Origin: the human T2T-CHM13v2.0 reference genome, Homo sapiens
NCBI RefSeq assembly: GCF_009914755.1
Contig: NC_060947.1
Direction: 5' to 3' (one strand)
Length of the DNA stretch: 64,000 nt
A program made the translations under genes and the position numbers. The notes under the pieces were generated by a model, which did not search any database, was not told the DNA's origin, and worked only from the letters and a program-made list of their open reading frames with translations. Below are positions 26,599-41,568 of the stretch, piece by piece (position 1 is the first letter of the stretch; the number at the start of each line of letters is the position of its first letter).

Positions 26599-26599
26599 A

Positions 26600-27390
26600 A
26601 TATATTTTATATATAAACACATATACAAATATATATCCTTTATAGATAAATATATATTCTTTATATTCTTTCTTAATGTCTAGTATGTGTTATATATTTG
26701 TATACTGTATATTTTAATATATATTATATATTTGTATATTGTATATTTTAATATATATTATATATTTGTATATAGTATATTTTAATATATATTATGTATT
26801 ATATATTTAGTATATAATATATTTGCATATTATATATTTTCATATATGTTTATATATTATATATTAATAGATATTATATATTTATATATTCTATATTAAT
26901 AGATATATTTGTATATTGTATATTTTAATAGCAATTATATATTTATATATTATATATTTTAATACATATTATATATTTGTATATTGTATATTTTAATATA
27001 TTGATATATTATATATTTTAATAGATATTACATATTTGTATATGGTATATTTTAATAGGTATTATATATTTATATTATGTATTTTAATAGGTATTATATA
27101 TTCTTTCTTAACTTTTAAAGAACATATACCTTAATATATAATATATATATATTCTGTCCTAATTTTTGAAGAAAATATATAATAGACTTTGATATAATAT
27201 ATATATTCTTTCTTAATTTTTAAAGAATACATATTATATACTTTAATATATAATTATATTCTTTCTTAATTTTTAAAGAAAATATAACCTTGAAAGTCAG
27301 AGAAAAATTGCAACAAAAATATTTATTCGTGTGTGTGTGCATGTATGCATATATGTATGCATGTATTATATATATGCATATATACGTATT
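26600..27390. repeat. AT-rich degenerate minisatellite
   Basis: About 34-bp units tatatatttgtatattgtatattttaatatatat, then recurring ttctttcttaatttttaaagaa units; almost GC-free. Confidence 0.9.
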
Positions 27391-28127
27391 TATTTATTTC
27401 GCGGTGTATGCTGACAGCAAAGAATTAAAAAGAACTTGAGGACATTATCCGACTTAGTGTATGAGATAAGTGATATTCAGGGAGTTGCTTGCAAATGGAA
27501 ATCTAATATGCTTTTACAAATCCCATTATGAAGTCTCCTAGCGCATCATCAAATCAAATCTTCTTAACAGCATTTAACGCTCTCAACCAACCCTCTCAAC
27601 AAAGGGGAGGAAGGTGCAGGCTGCATTTGGTACAAGCCTGCACTTCTCCTCCTTAATGCCCTACTGCAATTTTGTTTTGTTGTTTAAAATAATTGCATTG
27701 TTCTCATTAATTTAATTCGTAGTATATAAATAATACCATTTTAACTTTACATAGCCATATAAGCCTTTGTTTGAAGTCAAAAAAAATTTTGGCTGCTAAA
27801 CTTGAGATAGTGTTGGTGATAGCTGCTCCCTGATTCATGCAGCTCTCTGTCATGAGCTTTAAGAGGAGGTGGAAGATGTTGCAAGTGCCATGGAAACCAG
27901 GTCCACATCTTATTCTCCATTGCACACAACACCCTATGCTGAGCCACCCCAAATAAGCTCACCAGGAGCAACTACTGACTTTTCCAGGGTGCACCTGCTC
28001 AGCATTTCAGTGGTCGTTTCTCTGGGCACACATCCTCTTTGTGTTTTCCACCTTTCTTCTTTCTTTTTTTCCTCTTTTTTTCTTTCCTCCTTTATTTCTT
28101 TCCCCCCCATTCTTTCAAGTTAGCCAC

Positions 28128-28135
28128 TTTTTTCG

Positions 28136-28167
<32 letters not shown>

Positions 28168-28578
28168 AGACAGGGTCTTGCTCTGTTGCGTAGGCTGGAG
28201 TGCAATGGTGCGATCATAGCTCACTGCAGCCTCGACTTCCTGGGCTCAAGAGATCCTCCCCTCTCAGCCTCCTGAGTAGCTAGGACTACAGATGAGTGCT
28301 ACCATGACTGGCTAATTTAATTTAATTATTTTTTATCGAGACAAGATCTCGCTGTTTTGCACAGGCTGTTCTGCAGGTACAGAAAACCAAATCCCGCATG
28401 TTCTCTCTTATAAGTGGAGCCAAATGATGAGAACACATAGACATATAGAGGGGAAAGACACACACTGGGGCCTACTCGATGGTGAGGGGTGGTTACTTGA
28501 ACTCCTGGGCTCAAGTGATACTCCTGCCTTGGCCTCCCAAAGCACTGGGACTATAGGCTTGAGCCAACATGCCTGGCC
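28128..28578 (-). mobile_element. AluJ interrupted by a 123-bp L1 fragment
   Basis: Poly-T, Alu body breaks at caggctgttct and resumes at cttgaactcctgggctcaag; degenerate TSD caagttagccac/caagctagtcat. Confidence 0.9.
28373..28495 (+). mobile_element. Internal L1 3'UTR fragment without a tail, inverted copy of 28787-28903
   Basis: gcaggtacagaaaaccaaat...cacactggggcctact; no poly(A). Confidence 0.85.
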
Positions 28579-28604
28579 CAAGCTAGTCATATTACATCCA
28601 ACAT

Positions 28605-29818
<1,214 letters not shown>

Positions 29819-30431
29819 AATCTAACATTTTAAATCACCATTTCCCATGAAAGTTAGTGAGTGTGGGCTCTAACTCCAATGCGTTTTTTACACTTTCTAC
29901 TCTTGTTTTTCCTGGAGTTTTTAGAGTGTTATTTCACAGTTCATGGACTACAACCTTTCCAGCATTTTCTGCATAACTTTCTGTTTCGCTCAAAAGATTA
30001 AAAGACCAGTTTACCATTACGAAAGGAAACCCTAACACCCTTCTTGGAAAGTTACTTGACATGTTGTGTAATTAAAAAGGACAAACAAACATTGGCTTTC
30101 TCGCTCTAATTTATTGAGTTGCAAGAAATAGAAATTGAACTCAACAGATTGGTAATAGAAACTACAGGGAGAAAAAGTGGGTGAGTCTTTGAATGAATAG
30201 GTTTGGAGAACAATGGGCCTGACAAAGTTACAACATTTCCTTTGAAGCCTTTTTTTTTAATGCTCCAGTCGTAGAATGTTGAATAAATAAAGGTATATTG
30301 AAAATCCACAAGAAGGGTTATCATATTCAAATTACAATTTCAAATTAAACATATTTCAAGTTAAAATGAACATCAAATTAAAATTAAGCAAAAAATAACA
30401 TGATAATGGGATAAGCTTACAAGTGTCATGT

Positions 30432-30555
30432 CTGGTTACCAGGGAAGGAGGAAAAGAGATGGGAAGCTACTGCTTAATGCGTACAGGCTTTCCTTTTGTG
30501 GTGGCGAAAATGTTCAAGAACTACGTGGTGTTGGCTGCACAACATTATGAATATC
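30432..30555 (+). mobile_element. L1MB-like 3' fragment
   Basis: tggttaccaggg...tactgcttaatg...gaaaatgttc...tgcacaacattatgaat. Confidence 0.6.
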
Positions 30556-30586
30556 CTGACTTGTCACAATAACCTGACTTGCTGCC

Positions 30587-31157
30587 TGTATTACTCAGGG
30601 TTCCCAGGAGGGACAGAACTGATAGGATAGATGTCTACATGAAAGGGGGTTTATTAAGGAGAATTGACTGACATGATCACAAGGTGAACTCCTGCGATAG
30701 GCTGTCTGCAAACTGGGGAGGTAGGAAGCCAGCAGTGGCTCAGTCCAAGTCCAAAAGCCGCAAAAGCAGGGAAGCCAACAGTGCAGGCTTTAGTCTGTGG
30801 CCGAAGGCCAGAGCCCCCAGGAAACCACTGGTGTAAGTCCAAGAGTCCAAAGATTGAAGAACTTTGAGTCTGATGTCCAAGGGTGGGAAGCATCCAACAC
30901 GGGAGAAAGATGAAAGGCAGAAGACTCAGCAAGCCAGCTTATCCCATCTTCTTCCATCTGCTTTGTTCTAGCTATGCTGGCAGCCAGTTGGATGGTGCAC
31001 ACCCACACTGAGGGTGGATCTTCCTCCTCCAGTCCACCGACTCCAATGTCAGTCTCCTCTGGCAACACCCTCTCAGACACACCCAGAAACAATACTTTAC
31101 CAGCTATCTAGGCATCCTTCAATCCAATCAACTTGACACCTAATGTTAACCATCACC
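30587..31157 (-). mobile_element. MLT2A-type ERVL solo LTR
   Basis: tgtattactcagggttc...gggaagcatccaacacgggagaaaga...ttaaccatcac; TSD ctgcc. Confidence 0.92.
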
Positions 31158-31354
31158 CTGCCTTAACCTGTTTTTGGCCATGCTTTCTGTAGCCACACGA
31201 TGATATAAAAGTATTGGCCATCAGCTCATTTTTTTGAGTTTTAAAGTATTTTGTGTGACTCCTGTGCATATGTGTGCACATAATACATTTTGTAAGGCTT
31301 CTTTTTCCTGTTAATCTGTGTACTATCCATTTGTTTATAGACTGATTATTGAAT

Positions 31355-31947
31355 TCTAGGGACTAAGCAAAATCTTCCCCTTGGCGCTCTGAAGGTTTGC
31401 TGTAAATCAGCTCACAAAAGGCAGATTAATCAGAGAAAAGGCACACACATTTATTAACAAGCATGGGGGAGAATTACAGAGGGATATCTGTACCACGCAA
31501 GAGGGTACAGATGTTTATATGCCCTTCTTCTTAAGGGAAAGGAAGATGGGGAGGTAGGGATGATTTTAGGAGGGTAGTACATTATTTTTCGGGAAAGTCA
31601 ATGGGCTTGAAGAACATACAGTGGCCTGGCACAAAGTCCGTTGAGCCCGCAGAGCAAACAATGGTTTATAAGTCTATTCAGGCATGTTGACCGACTTCAG
31701 TCTTTCTTCCTGAGATATGAGTTCAGTTAATGAAAATTCAGAGAAGGGACAGAGGTCATTGCTTTCTTCTTTGGTGCATCTAGACTCTGGCAGATAAGGG
31801 AACTCAGAGAACAACTTCATCCTGTGCATCGAGAGAGAGGATTGAGAGACAGGGGCGATGGAGCATCACAGAGACCTTGAGGCTTCTTCTGCAGTTCAAC
31901 ATATCAAAGCACCATATTTTGGGGTATTGGATTCATGAGCCCCAAAA
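31355..31947 (-). mobile_element. MER39/MER39B-like ERV1 solo LTR
   Basis: ...ctctgaaggtttgctg...gagaccttgaggcttctt...ccatattttggggta...gagcccca; 4-bp TSD gaat/gaac. Confidence 0.8.
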
Positions 31948-32794
31948 GAACCTCCAAGAGAAAAATTTAAACTTCTTTACGTGGTCATGAAGAGTTGCAA
32001 CTTTTGCGATTTAACATCGCATGGGAGCCAGGAAGACTTGGGGATGAAATTCTCAATCCACCTCTTCTTCTAGACTTCAGTACATCCATTTATTAATCTT
32101 TCCAGTGATAACTCAGAGGGAGGCTCACCCCAGAGATGCCATAAGCAGTGCCTGGACCTCTGAGGTCACCAGTGGATGTCCAGAACAAATAGCTAATATA
32201 CATATAGAGGGAGATGGATATAGAGGGAGATGGATATTAATAAACAATTACACTAATTAGTGTTGGCTTGCAGTTATGGTCAGTGCAATGCATGAAATAA
32301 TATGTTAGAATTTCAGACAGTGCAGATGGCTTTAGGTAGTATTGTAAATTTTGTACGCAATTGTAGCTTAGATATTATCGTAAGTCAAGACTGTGGTTCA
32401 AAGTGCAAGTTGTTCTCTGCATCCAGTCTACTACCATAATGAGAGGTCTGAAAATTATTATTATTTTTAAATAAACAAACTTTAATTTTTAGAGCAGTTT
32501 TAGATTTATAGAAGCAGAGAATGAAGTGTATGGAGAGCTCCCATATACTCCCATAGAAGGGAAAGTACACAGTTCCCATATGACATTTTCTTTTTACAAT
32601 TATTTTATTTTAATTTTTAATTCTAAGTTTTGTGGATACATAGCAGGTTGTTCATCCCCTTCCCTAGATTCCTCTCTTATTAAATATTTTTTTACATGCT
32701 AGTCATATTTCATCCAATTTTTAAATCATATTTTACATATACTTTGTTTGGATTGCTTCTTGTTTTGTTTTATTTTTAATCGACTTAATTTTTA

Positions 32795-33778
32795 ATTTAT
32801 TTTTATTTTTATGGGATGCATGTGATATTTTGCTACATGCATAGAAAGTATAATGGTCAGATCAGCATAACTGGAATAACCGTCATATCGAACATTTTTA
32901 CTCGTGTGTGCATGTGTTATGATCATTTCAAAGCTTCTTTTCTAGCTATTTTGAAATCTACAATAAATTATTGTTAACTATAGTTGCCTTATTGTATTAT
33001 CAAACGATAGAACTTATTCCTTCTGTTTTACTCTGTGTTTGTACCTTTTAGCAAACTTCTTTTGATTTCTCCTCCCTTTCCCCTTCCCAGCTCTGGTAAG
33101 CACCAATCAACTCTCTACCTCCATGATATTTACCACTTTCTTTTTTTTAGCTCCACATATGAGTGAGAACACGAGCTATCTATATTTCTGTGCCTGGTTT
33201 ATTTCTCTTAATATAGTGATCTCTAGTTTCACCCATGTTGCTGCAAAAAACAAGATTTTGTTCTATTTTTATGACTGAATAATATTCCATCATGTATTTG
33301 TGCCAGTTTCTTTTTTAAAATTACTTATTTTATTTTTAATTTTTTAAAAATTTTCATTTTAATTATTTGTGGGTACATAGTAGGTCATGTACCCCACAAA
33401 TATACCACATTTTCTTTATCCAGTCATCTGTTGATGGACACTTAGGTTGATTCCATAGCTTGGCTACCGTGAATAGTGCCGCAATAAACACAGGAGTGCA
33501 GCTGTCTCTTTAATATACTTATATTTCTTTTCTTCTGGATATATGTATTCATTTCTATTTATACATATTTATATGTCTATTTATTATATATATTGTATAT
33601 ATTTATTTGTATTTATATATTTATTATATATATTTATATATTTATTGGAGATATACATATATATATATATGTATATTTCTTTTCTTTTGGATATATACCC
33701 AGCAGTGGCATTACTGATCACATGGAAGTTCTACTTTTCATTTTTGTGTGAAGCCCCATACTGTTTTTATAGTGCCTG
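32795..33778 (-). mobile_element. L1MA-type 3' region with a nested micro-insertion and TA tract
   Basis: tctagctattttgaaat...ttagctccacatatgagtgagaac...gaatagtgccgcaataaac...atatacccagcagtgg. Confidence 0.85.
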
Positions 33779-34258
33779 TTTTTTTTTTTTTTTTTTTTTC
33801 ATTTTCCATAGTCAGATACTGGGCTTTAAATATTTTAAAATTTAACCATCAGACATCATGTTTGAAAACCAACTTCAAAATCTGCACTGACATCATTATT
33901 TTTGCTTCAATTTTACTCATTGCTGTCTCAAACAACATTGATCAAAAACATTGATTTTTTTCCCTCAAGGAAGATCAAATTTGATAATTTTAAATGCAGA
34001 AAGATTCCATGTTGCAAAGGATTTAAGCTTGTATATGGAACATAAGTACAATCTTTTTTATTTTGGTGACCTTTCCTGAAGTTTCTTATGAATTTTGCAA
34101 TTTTTTGTGAGCATTAACTAAATGCTATTTACTGATAGGAAAACTGGTTGTTTCTCAGTTCATAACTCACCTATCAGAGTTAGTGCCCTTTCTATAAAAG
34201 GAATATCTTTTTTTCCAAAGTGGCAACTTTAGCTGAATGTATGCACTGTATTCTAACA

Positions 34259-34575
34259 TGCTATGGTTTAAATGTCTTCCGCAAAATTCATATGTTGAAA
34301 CCTTGATCCCCATTGTGGCAATGTTGGGAGGTGGGGCCTCATGGGAATTGCAGGAGTGGGTTTCTTAGAAAAGAAAGAGTTTAGTTCCCACTTGCCCTCT
34401 CTCTTGCCAAGTGATGCCTTTTGTCATGTCATGGTATAGGAAGAAGGTTCTTGCAAGATGCCAATATTTTGATCTAGGTCTTTCCAACCTCTAGAATCAT
34501 AAGCCAGTGAATTTCTACTCATTATAAATTACCCAGTCTGTGGTATTTTGTTAGCAGCACAAAATTAACTAAGAT
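34259..34575 (+). mobile_element. MSTD/MLT1A-like solo LTR
   Basis: tgctatggtttaaatgt...aaattcatatgttgaaa...ttataaattacccagtctgtgg...aactaagata. Confidence 0.85.
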
Positions 34576-34742
34576 ATACCGCTAGGCAGATAAAAATCTT
34601 AGTCTTCAGAAAACATTCTCTTTTAAGATATTATCATAATAAAACCCTCTGGGGCCAAATTCCATCAATACTCACTGTCTTTTTCCTTCACTACCTGGAA
34701 TTCACAGTAAAAGGATACATAAATAAAAGGATATTTTGTTGA

Positions 34743-35087
<345 letters not shown>

Positions 35088-35392
35088 ATATTCTATTTTA
35101 AAAGTGTGTGTTTGTATAGCTAAACTGCTATACTGTTCACACATTCTGTATATGGCAGTTTGGATTTGAGGTGCAGTTCTTAACATTTGAATACTGTGAC
35201 AGGCACCCTGCAAATCATTATTTCTAGGTGTCAGTCTCAGTACTGAAGGGGATTCTCAGTAAATAAATCCTTGGAAATTGATGCATGGTAATTAAGTGTG
35301 TCAGAGACTAATTATCAGAATGGGCTGGGTCTGGCCAAGGTCATGGGTACATGCAAGTGCATTTGTAGTTGCACTGGCATAAAATGATCTAG

Positions 35393-35675
<283 letters not shown>

Positions 35676-36994
35676 TCTTTCATGTGTTTTCCTCCTCCTG
35701 TAAATGAGAACACTTTCTTAAGAAATAGGTTCTTGAATTATATTTTCTAAAGTAGAACTTTGTATTCTTACCTGATCTGATTCTGTGTTTTCGAAGGCCC
35801 TGGAGAGACCTGTTGAGAATGCATGTGTGTTTCAGAGTTTGGAAACAGTTCTAGATCCTAATTGTGAATTCCTGAGAGTGCTTCATTGAAAACAAGTGAG
35901 CATATGTTTTTCTGCAAGAAGAGGTTAAACTGAGAAATTGTTTTGGTATAAAATTGTGGAACCAAAGTTATGGAAAGATGAGGATACACATTATATGTTG
36001 AAAGCCAGCTGGTGTTTTACCCACTGTTATTGAAAGTCAGGAAACCCCGTGTGGCTCAGCAAATATTCTGCCTTGGCAGAGGAAAGAAAACTTACGGACA
36101 AAGCAAAGGAGAGGCTAAAACGCTGAATCTGTGTTTCTTTCTTCAGAGCTGCTCTGGGTCAGCACCAGAAACATTACTAGGTGATTAATGGGATTAATTG
36201 ATGAAAAAGATTTATTTTAAAAGGTCTTAGCAATTAGTGATGGCCATTATCTAGTTGCTTCTCTTTTCTGTCCTTCTTTCCTAGCTTAGACCTTTTCCCT
36301 TTAGGACATAAACACCTTATGTTGGCACTGGAAAATAGACAGGTGTGTGTGTTCATAAAATTGCATCCTTGCTGCCTCTGGTTCTGAATATCTTTTAATT
36401 ATTTAGTTTTTATAGGACTGAGGGCTCCTGCAAGCTTAATTAAAGCTCTAATTTCTTCTGGGAAATGTAGATGCACTTGTTGGGCAAGGACTGAAAAACT
36501 CCAGTGAATATATTTAGGAAAAAAAGTATAATGACTCTTTCCAGAGTTGTGGGGATCAGAGTTTAAAACAAATGTGCACAACAGCAGAACAAAAAAGATG
36601 TTCCTCTCCAGGAGTTCAGAGAGAATTTAGATTAATTCCACTTTTATTAATTCTTGCAAGTTACGTTTGACATCTGCTATTTTCTACCATTATAATATCT
36701 AGTTAATTTCATCTTTTTTTCCTACTCCTGCTTCTCCTCTTCTTTCTCTTCCTCCTCTTCTCCTTCTCCTCCTCTTCTTCTCTTTCTCCTTTACTTTTCT
36801 CTTCTTTTCTGGCTATAAAAAAACACAGAATCGTGAACATACAAGGAAAGCGAGGCAAATTCTAACAGGTAATCCAGGAAGCTTTTAGAATTGACATAAA
36901 GAACCATATTTGCAGAAACTTTCTCGTCCTAAAACCAGATGGAAACAAAACAAAACAAAAATAGAGAAATGCAGTAAAACCTCATGAAGCATTT

Positions 36995-37500
36995 TATCTG
37001 GAGTATTCGAACACCCACTGGTTGTGTGATTTGCTGGAAGGACTTAAACAGTTCAATGTAAGATTATATATGTAGCTACAACTTATTAAGTGAAGAATAC
37101 TGTGCAGAAACAGCAGGGGGAAGATTTACATAGGTGGAGCCTAGAGAGGTCAAAGTCACACTTTCTTGTTTTTCCTCTGCAAAAATCACATGGATTTGTG
37201 GTTTTTTTTCTGTCTGTGAACTGCAGGGATATTTCCTTATGCGGGAAAGCCCATTTGAGACTTAGAGACCAAAGTTCTTAAAGGGAGCTTGCCACATATG
37301 CACATACCTGCCCTGTAGCCAACCATGGTTCAGACCCAAAGCAGGTAGCAGGTGAACATATCATGAATCTCTGTGTCTCATTTCAGCACGCTGGCAGCTG
37401 GTTTATCTTATCCACTCCTTCAGGTATATAGAGTAACATCTTACCCAGTAATCCAGTGAACATTTCATTAGATTCATTTCTAGGGTTTCACCAGGAGTCA
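36995..37500. mobile_element. MER21/MER77-like LTR remnant
   Basis: gatttgctggaaggact...cagcagggggaaga...gggaaagcccatttgagactt; boundaries approximate. Confidence 0.45.
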
Positions 37501-37666
37501 TCACCGTGGCTAAAGACATAAGAACGGAGAGAAATGTGAACTTCCTCTGTGGTGTTGTCTCATAAGCAACCATGAAACTTAAGGAAAAGTGTTCTCATAA
37601 TAGCTCGAGCTGAACTGGGTCGACCAGAGCCTTAACATGTAGGACTAAACCAAAAAATATCTGTAC

Positions 37667-38296
37667 TACCTACAATGTGCTGAATGTGTGTGTCTCCCCA
37701 AAATTCATATGTTGAAGCCCTGATTCTCAGTGGGATGGTATTAGGAGGTGGAGTTTTTGAGAGGCTATTAGATTATGAGGTTAGAACCCTCAAGATGGAA
37801 TTAGTACCCTTATAAAAAAAAGCTTTTCACTTGAGGCCAGGAGTTTGAGACAAGCCTGGGCAACATAGTGAGATCCCATGTTTGCAAAAAAATTTTAAAA
37901 ATTAACTGGGCATGTTCTTGTATGCTTGTAGTCCTAGCTAGTTGGGTGGCTAAGGCCAGAGGACTGCTTGAGTCCAGAAGTTCGAGGCTGCAGTGAGCTA
38001 CGATTGTGCCACTGTGCTCCAGGTTGGGTGACAGAGCAAGACCTTGTCTCTAAAAACAACAACAACAACAACAACAAGAAAAGCTGTGAGAGAGTTTGAT
38101 TCTTTTTCTCTTCATTGTGTGGAGAAACAACCAGAAGATAGCTGTCTGCAAACCAGGAAGAGAGCCCTAACCAGATGTTGGATCTACTGGTAACTTGATC
38201 TTGAACTTCCCAGCCTCTAGAAATGAGAGACATACATTGTTTAAGTCATGCAGTTTATGGTACATTTGTTATGGCAGCCCAAGATGGCTAAGACAT
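37667..38296 (+). mobile_element. MLT1A0-like LTR interrupted by an Alu
   Basis: gtgtctccccaaaattcatatgttgaagccc...cttgaacttcccagcctctagaa...gctaagaca. Confidence 0.85.
37827..38078 (+). mobile_element. AluJ, 5'-truncated
   Basis: Starts tcacttgaggccaggag; AAC tail; TSD aaaagct. Confidence 0.9.
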
Positions 38297-38559
38297 TGCC
38301 AGAAACAATACTATTAGGAAGAACCTTCTTTTAAAAAAGCAGATGAAGGTGACTATAGACTTTCAAAGAAACACTGAAATATTCCGCAACTGCATACCAT
38401 GGTAGTGGCTTAATTAGTACATATTAAATGGCTCTAGGGACAGTCAAACTCACTATACTAAGGATCTCTAAGGTTTAAGCTATGAAAGAGAGACTTTTTT
38501 TTTCTTTTGGCTTAACCTATTTCTCACAGTTGGAGGAATCATGGAAATTAAGGTGATGG

Positions 38560-38770
38560 TCTCTGCAGTCAGACACAATCAGATTTGAAACCGTGTTCCA
38601 CCATTAGAGCTGTGTGATCTAGATAAGTTATAGATCCTAATCAAAATTGTTTTCTCCCACGACCAATAACAGTATGGATCATGCTTCTCTTGTCATGCTG
38701 ATGGGATGATTCCCTTATTTATAGCACAAAGGGCAGTGAGTCAGCACATGGTGTGTGTCAACAAAAACAA
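38560..38770 (+). mobile_element. MIR
   Basis: gcagtcagac...gatttgaaacc...gctgtgtgatctagataagtta...cagcacatggt. Confidence 0.55.
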
Positions 38771-39803
38771 ATGCCAAACAGATGAGAGATAAAAACTGTA
38801 GACCTGTAAGAAATCTATTCTGGGGAAACGTTATCCCCAAATAAGAAAAGTAGATGGAAAACAAATTTTATAAAGTGTTATTTCTGTAAAAGTGAGTGGG
38901 GACAAAAGAAAAGAGAGAAGAAATAAAGGACAAGAGGATATGGCCAGAATTGAGATAAAAACCAAGTTGGAGAAGGTGATGAGGAAGTGGGGATGCCTCA
39001 GGCTGGAGGATACTACAGCAGACGTGTCCAAGGGCAGAATCATTCCATGATCAAAGACAGCTGGAGTCAGGCATACGGAATGCAGTGGCCAACCACAATT
39101 ACACCACCAATGAAAGATGGCAGAAATGCCTTTGCAAAGCAAATGTGACTGGGGAGTTACAACGCAAACAAATGTAATGAAACATATGTAAAAACACCAT
39201 AAAAGAAAATCTTCTTAAGATGAAGGATACTTTGAGTATATATCACAATGCTTTTCTATTTTCTATTAAGTGTAAACACATATTCTTATGGTGCTGTTGA
39301 ATATTAGACAAAAACCAACAGAGATTCAGACAGAAACAGAAATTCTCCTTCAAGTTAAAAAAAAAAACAACAAAAAACCAAAACGCTCCTCAAACTTCTG
39401 AGTTATGTAATGTGTCAGAAAACAGTGGAACTGGGATAAGAGGTAAAATACACGTGTTTTATATTTAATCAACAGGCCACTCAAGAATAAAATTGATAAA
39501 AATTTCTGAATTGTGCAAATGCTGAGGGTACATTGTTCCCATTAACTGTGGCTTAAAAAAGAATCTAAAAATCTATTTAGTAACTTGTTTTGACTAAATT
39601 AAAGGTCAATTGAAATGATCATCTCTAAGAGTTATATTTTGGAAGTAGTTGGTGTCTCATGATGTTACTATAAATTTACTCTCTCAATTAACCTTTTCTA
39701 ACATATTACTATTGTTTGAATAATAGACACTTACTTTTGCAGATTAATTTTGCCATCTGCCTCTTCTTGATTTTTCTGATGTTTGAGTCATAATTTTGTT
39801 TTC

Positions 39804-40112
39804 CTTTTTTTTTTTTTTTTTTTTTAGACAGGGTCTCCCTCTGTCACTGAGGTTGGAATGCAGTGGTGCGATCTCGGCTCACTGCAGCCTCTGCCTCCCA
39901 AGTTCAAGCTGTTCTAGTGCCTCAGCCTCCCTAGTAGCTGGGATTATAGGCATGTGCCACTACACCTAGCTCACTTTTGTATTTTTTAGTAGAGATTGGC
40001 TTTTGGTATGTTGGCCAGGCTGGTCTCGAACTGCTGGCCTCAAGTGATCCATCTGGACACCTCAGCCTCCCAAAGTGCTGGGATTACACGTGTGAGCCAC
40101 TGCACTTGACCC
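39804..40112 (-). mobile_element. Alu (Jb/Sx-like)
   Basis: Poly-T and dimeric body. Confidence 0.92.
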
Positions 40113-40521
40113 ATTTTTACTTCTGATTTTTTTAGGCTCACAGTGAGAACATCTTCAAATAATGGTGACTTTACCCTTTTTCTTTTTTATCACTATTATT
40201 TTATTTTTATATGCAAAAAATTAAACTTGAAATAGTTCTAGATTTTTTTTTCTCCTATTGTTGGGATATGGCTGCTTCATCACACAAGGGGACAAAACTA
40301 CATTCACATCAGTGAGGACCCAGGGCAGAGTTCAAGTGGCATAGCCTCAACTTAGCATATTCGAACTTGGCACTCTTTCCAAAATTACCACAGGAAGAAA
40401 GAACAAAGATTCACTGCAAATAAATGAACTATGATACAATGTTCTTTCAAAAATTTTTCATTTTGCAATGAAACATTTTGCAACTGTAATTATATGACTG
40501 CCTGCTTTAGGATATTTTAGA

Positions 40522-40522
<1 letters not shown>

Positions 40523-40555
<33 letters not shown>

Positions 40556-40586
40556 ATATATTAAGTATATATATGTAATATATATA
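40523..40586 (+). repeat. (TG)n(TA)n microsatellite
   Basis: TG run followed by interrupted TA. Confidence 0.9.
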
Positions 40587-41249
40587 CCTTAGTATAACTT
40601 TTGCTAATACAGTAGTACAAGCTATTTCTGTTCTACAAATTTTATATTTTATAGCTACAAGGGTGAAAAGTAACCTACAACATTTTTATGTCACATATCC
40701 TTGTATACAAACAGTATTTATTGAATTTGAGCCAAAAACTAGAAGTCTTTAGTTTTAGCACTTGAATGAGCTTCCTTGCTTCTGCAGCCTTATATGATAC
40801 ACTACTCACATTTCCAGAGTTCGCCATTACTCATTACTTTAAACTTGGAGAAACAGGTGAACCCAAACTTTTGATTACAATTTTTATATACAAGTTAGAT
40901 AACACAGCTCAATAAGACAGAGCTATCCATCCTAAGCCCAACACACACCTTCTGTACTATGTTAGACAAGCTTTGAGTTTTCTGTTTTTCCTTACAAAAT
41001 AATATGCAAACTTAGAAGTAACTGGTAAAACTGATATACAGGATGTCAAAGGAAAGGTGACATTTTTCTGTTGGTTCCAAAAAGGTTCCTGCAAATTTTG
41101 TACTCTGCTTTGTTCTCTAACTATATGTCTGTTACATGCAGAAAGCTCTTTCACAGGAATTGAACTATTTAAATCATATTTTACATTTTATTTTACAACC
41201 AATTGTGTGGTTATGATTGCCAGAATAAATGTCAGTAAAAAGCGCACAT

Positions 41250-41568
<319 letters not shown>

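Larger units (their letters stand above)
30556..31981 (+). mobile_element. MER34/MER4-group LTR remnant hosting two nested LTRs
   Basis: Pieces 30556-30586, 31158-31354 (ttttcctgttaatctg...attattgaa) and 31948-31981 (gaacctcc...aatttaaacttc). Confidence 0.55.

Noticed and set aside
32204-32237. 16-bp tandem duplication tatagagggagatgga
   Set aside because: Ordinary slippage duplication with no further structure
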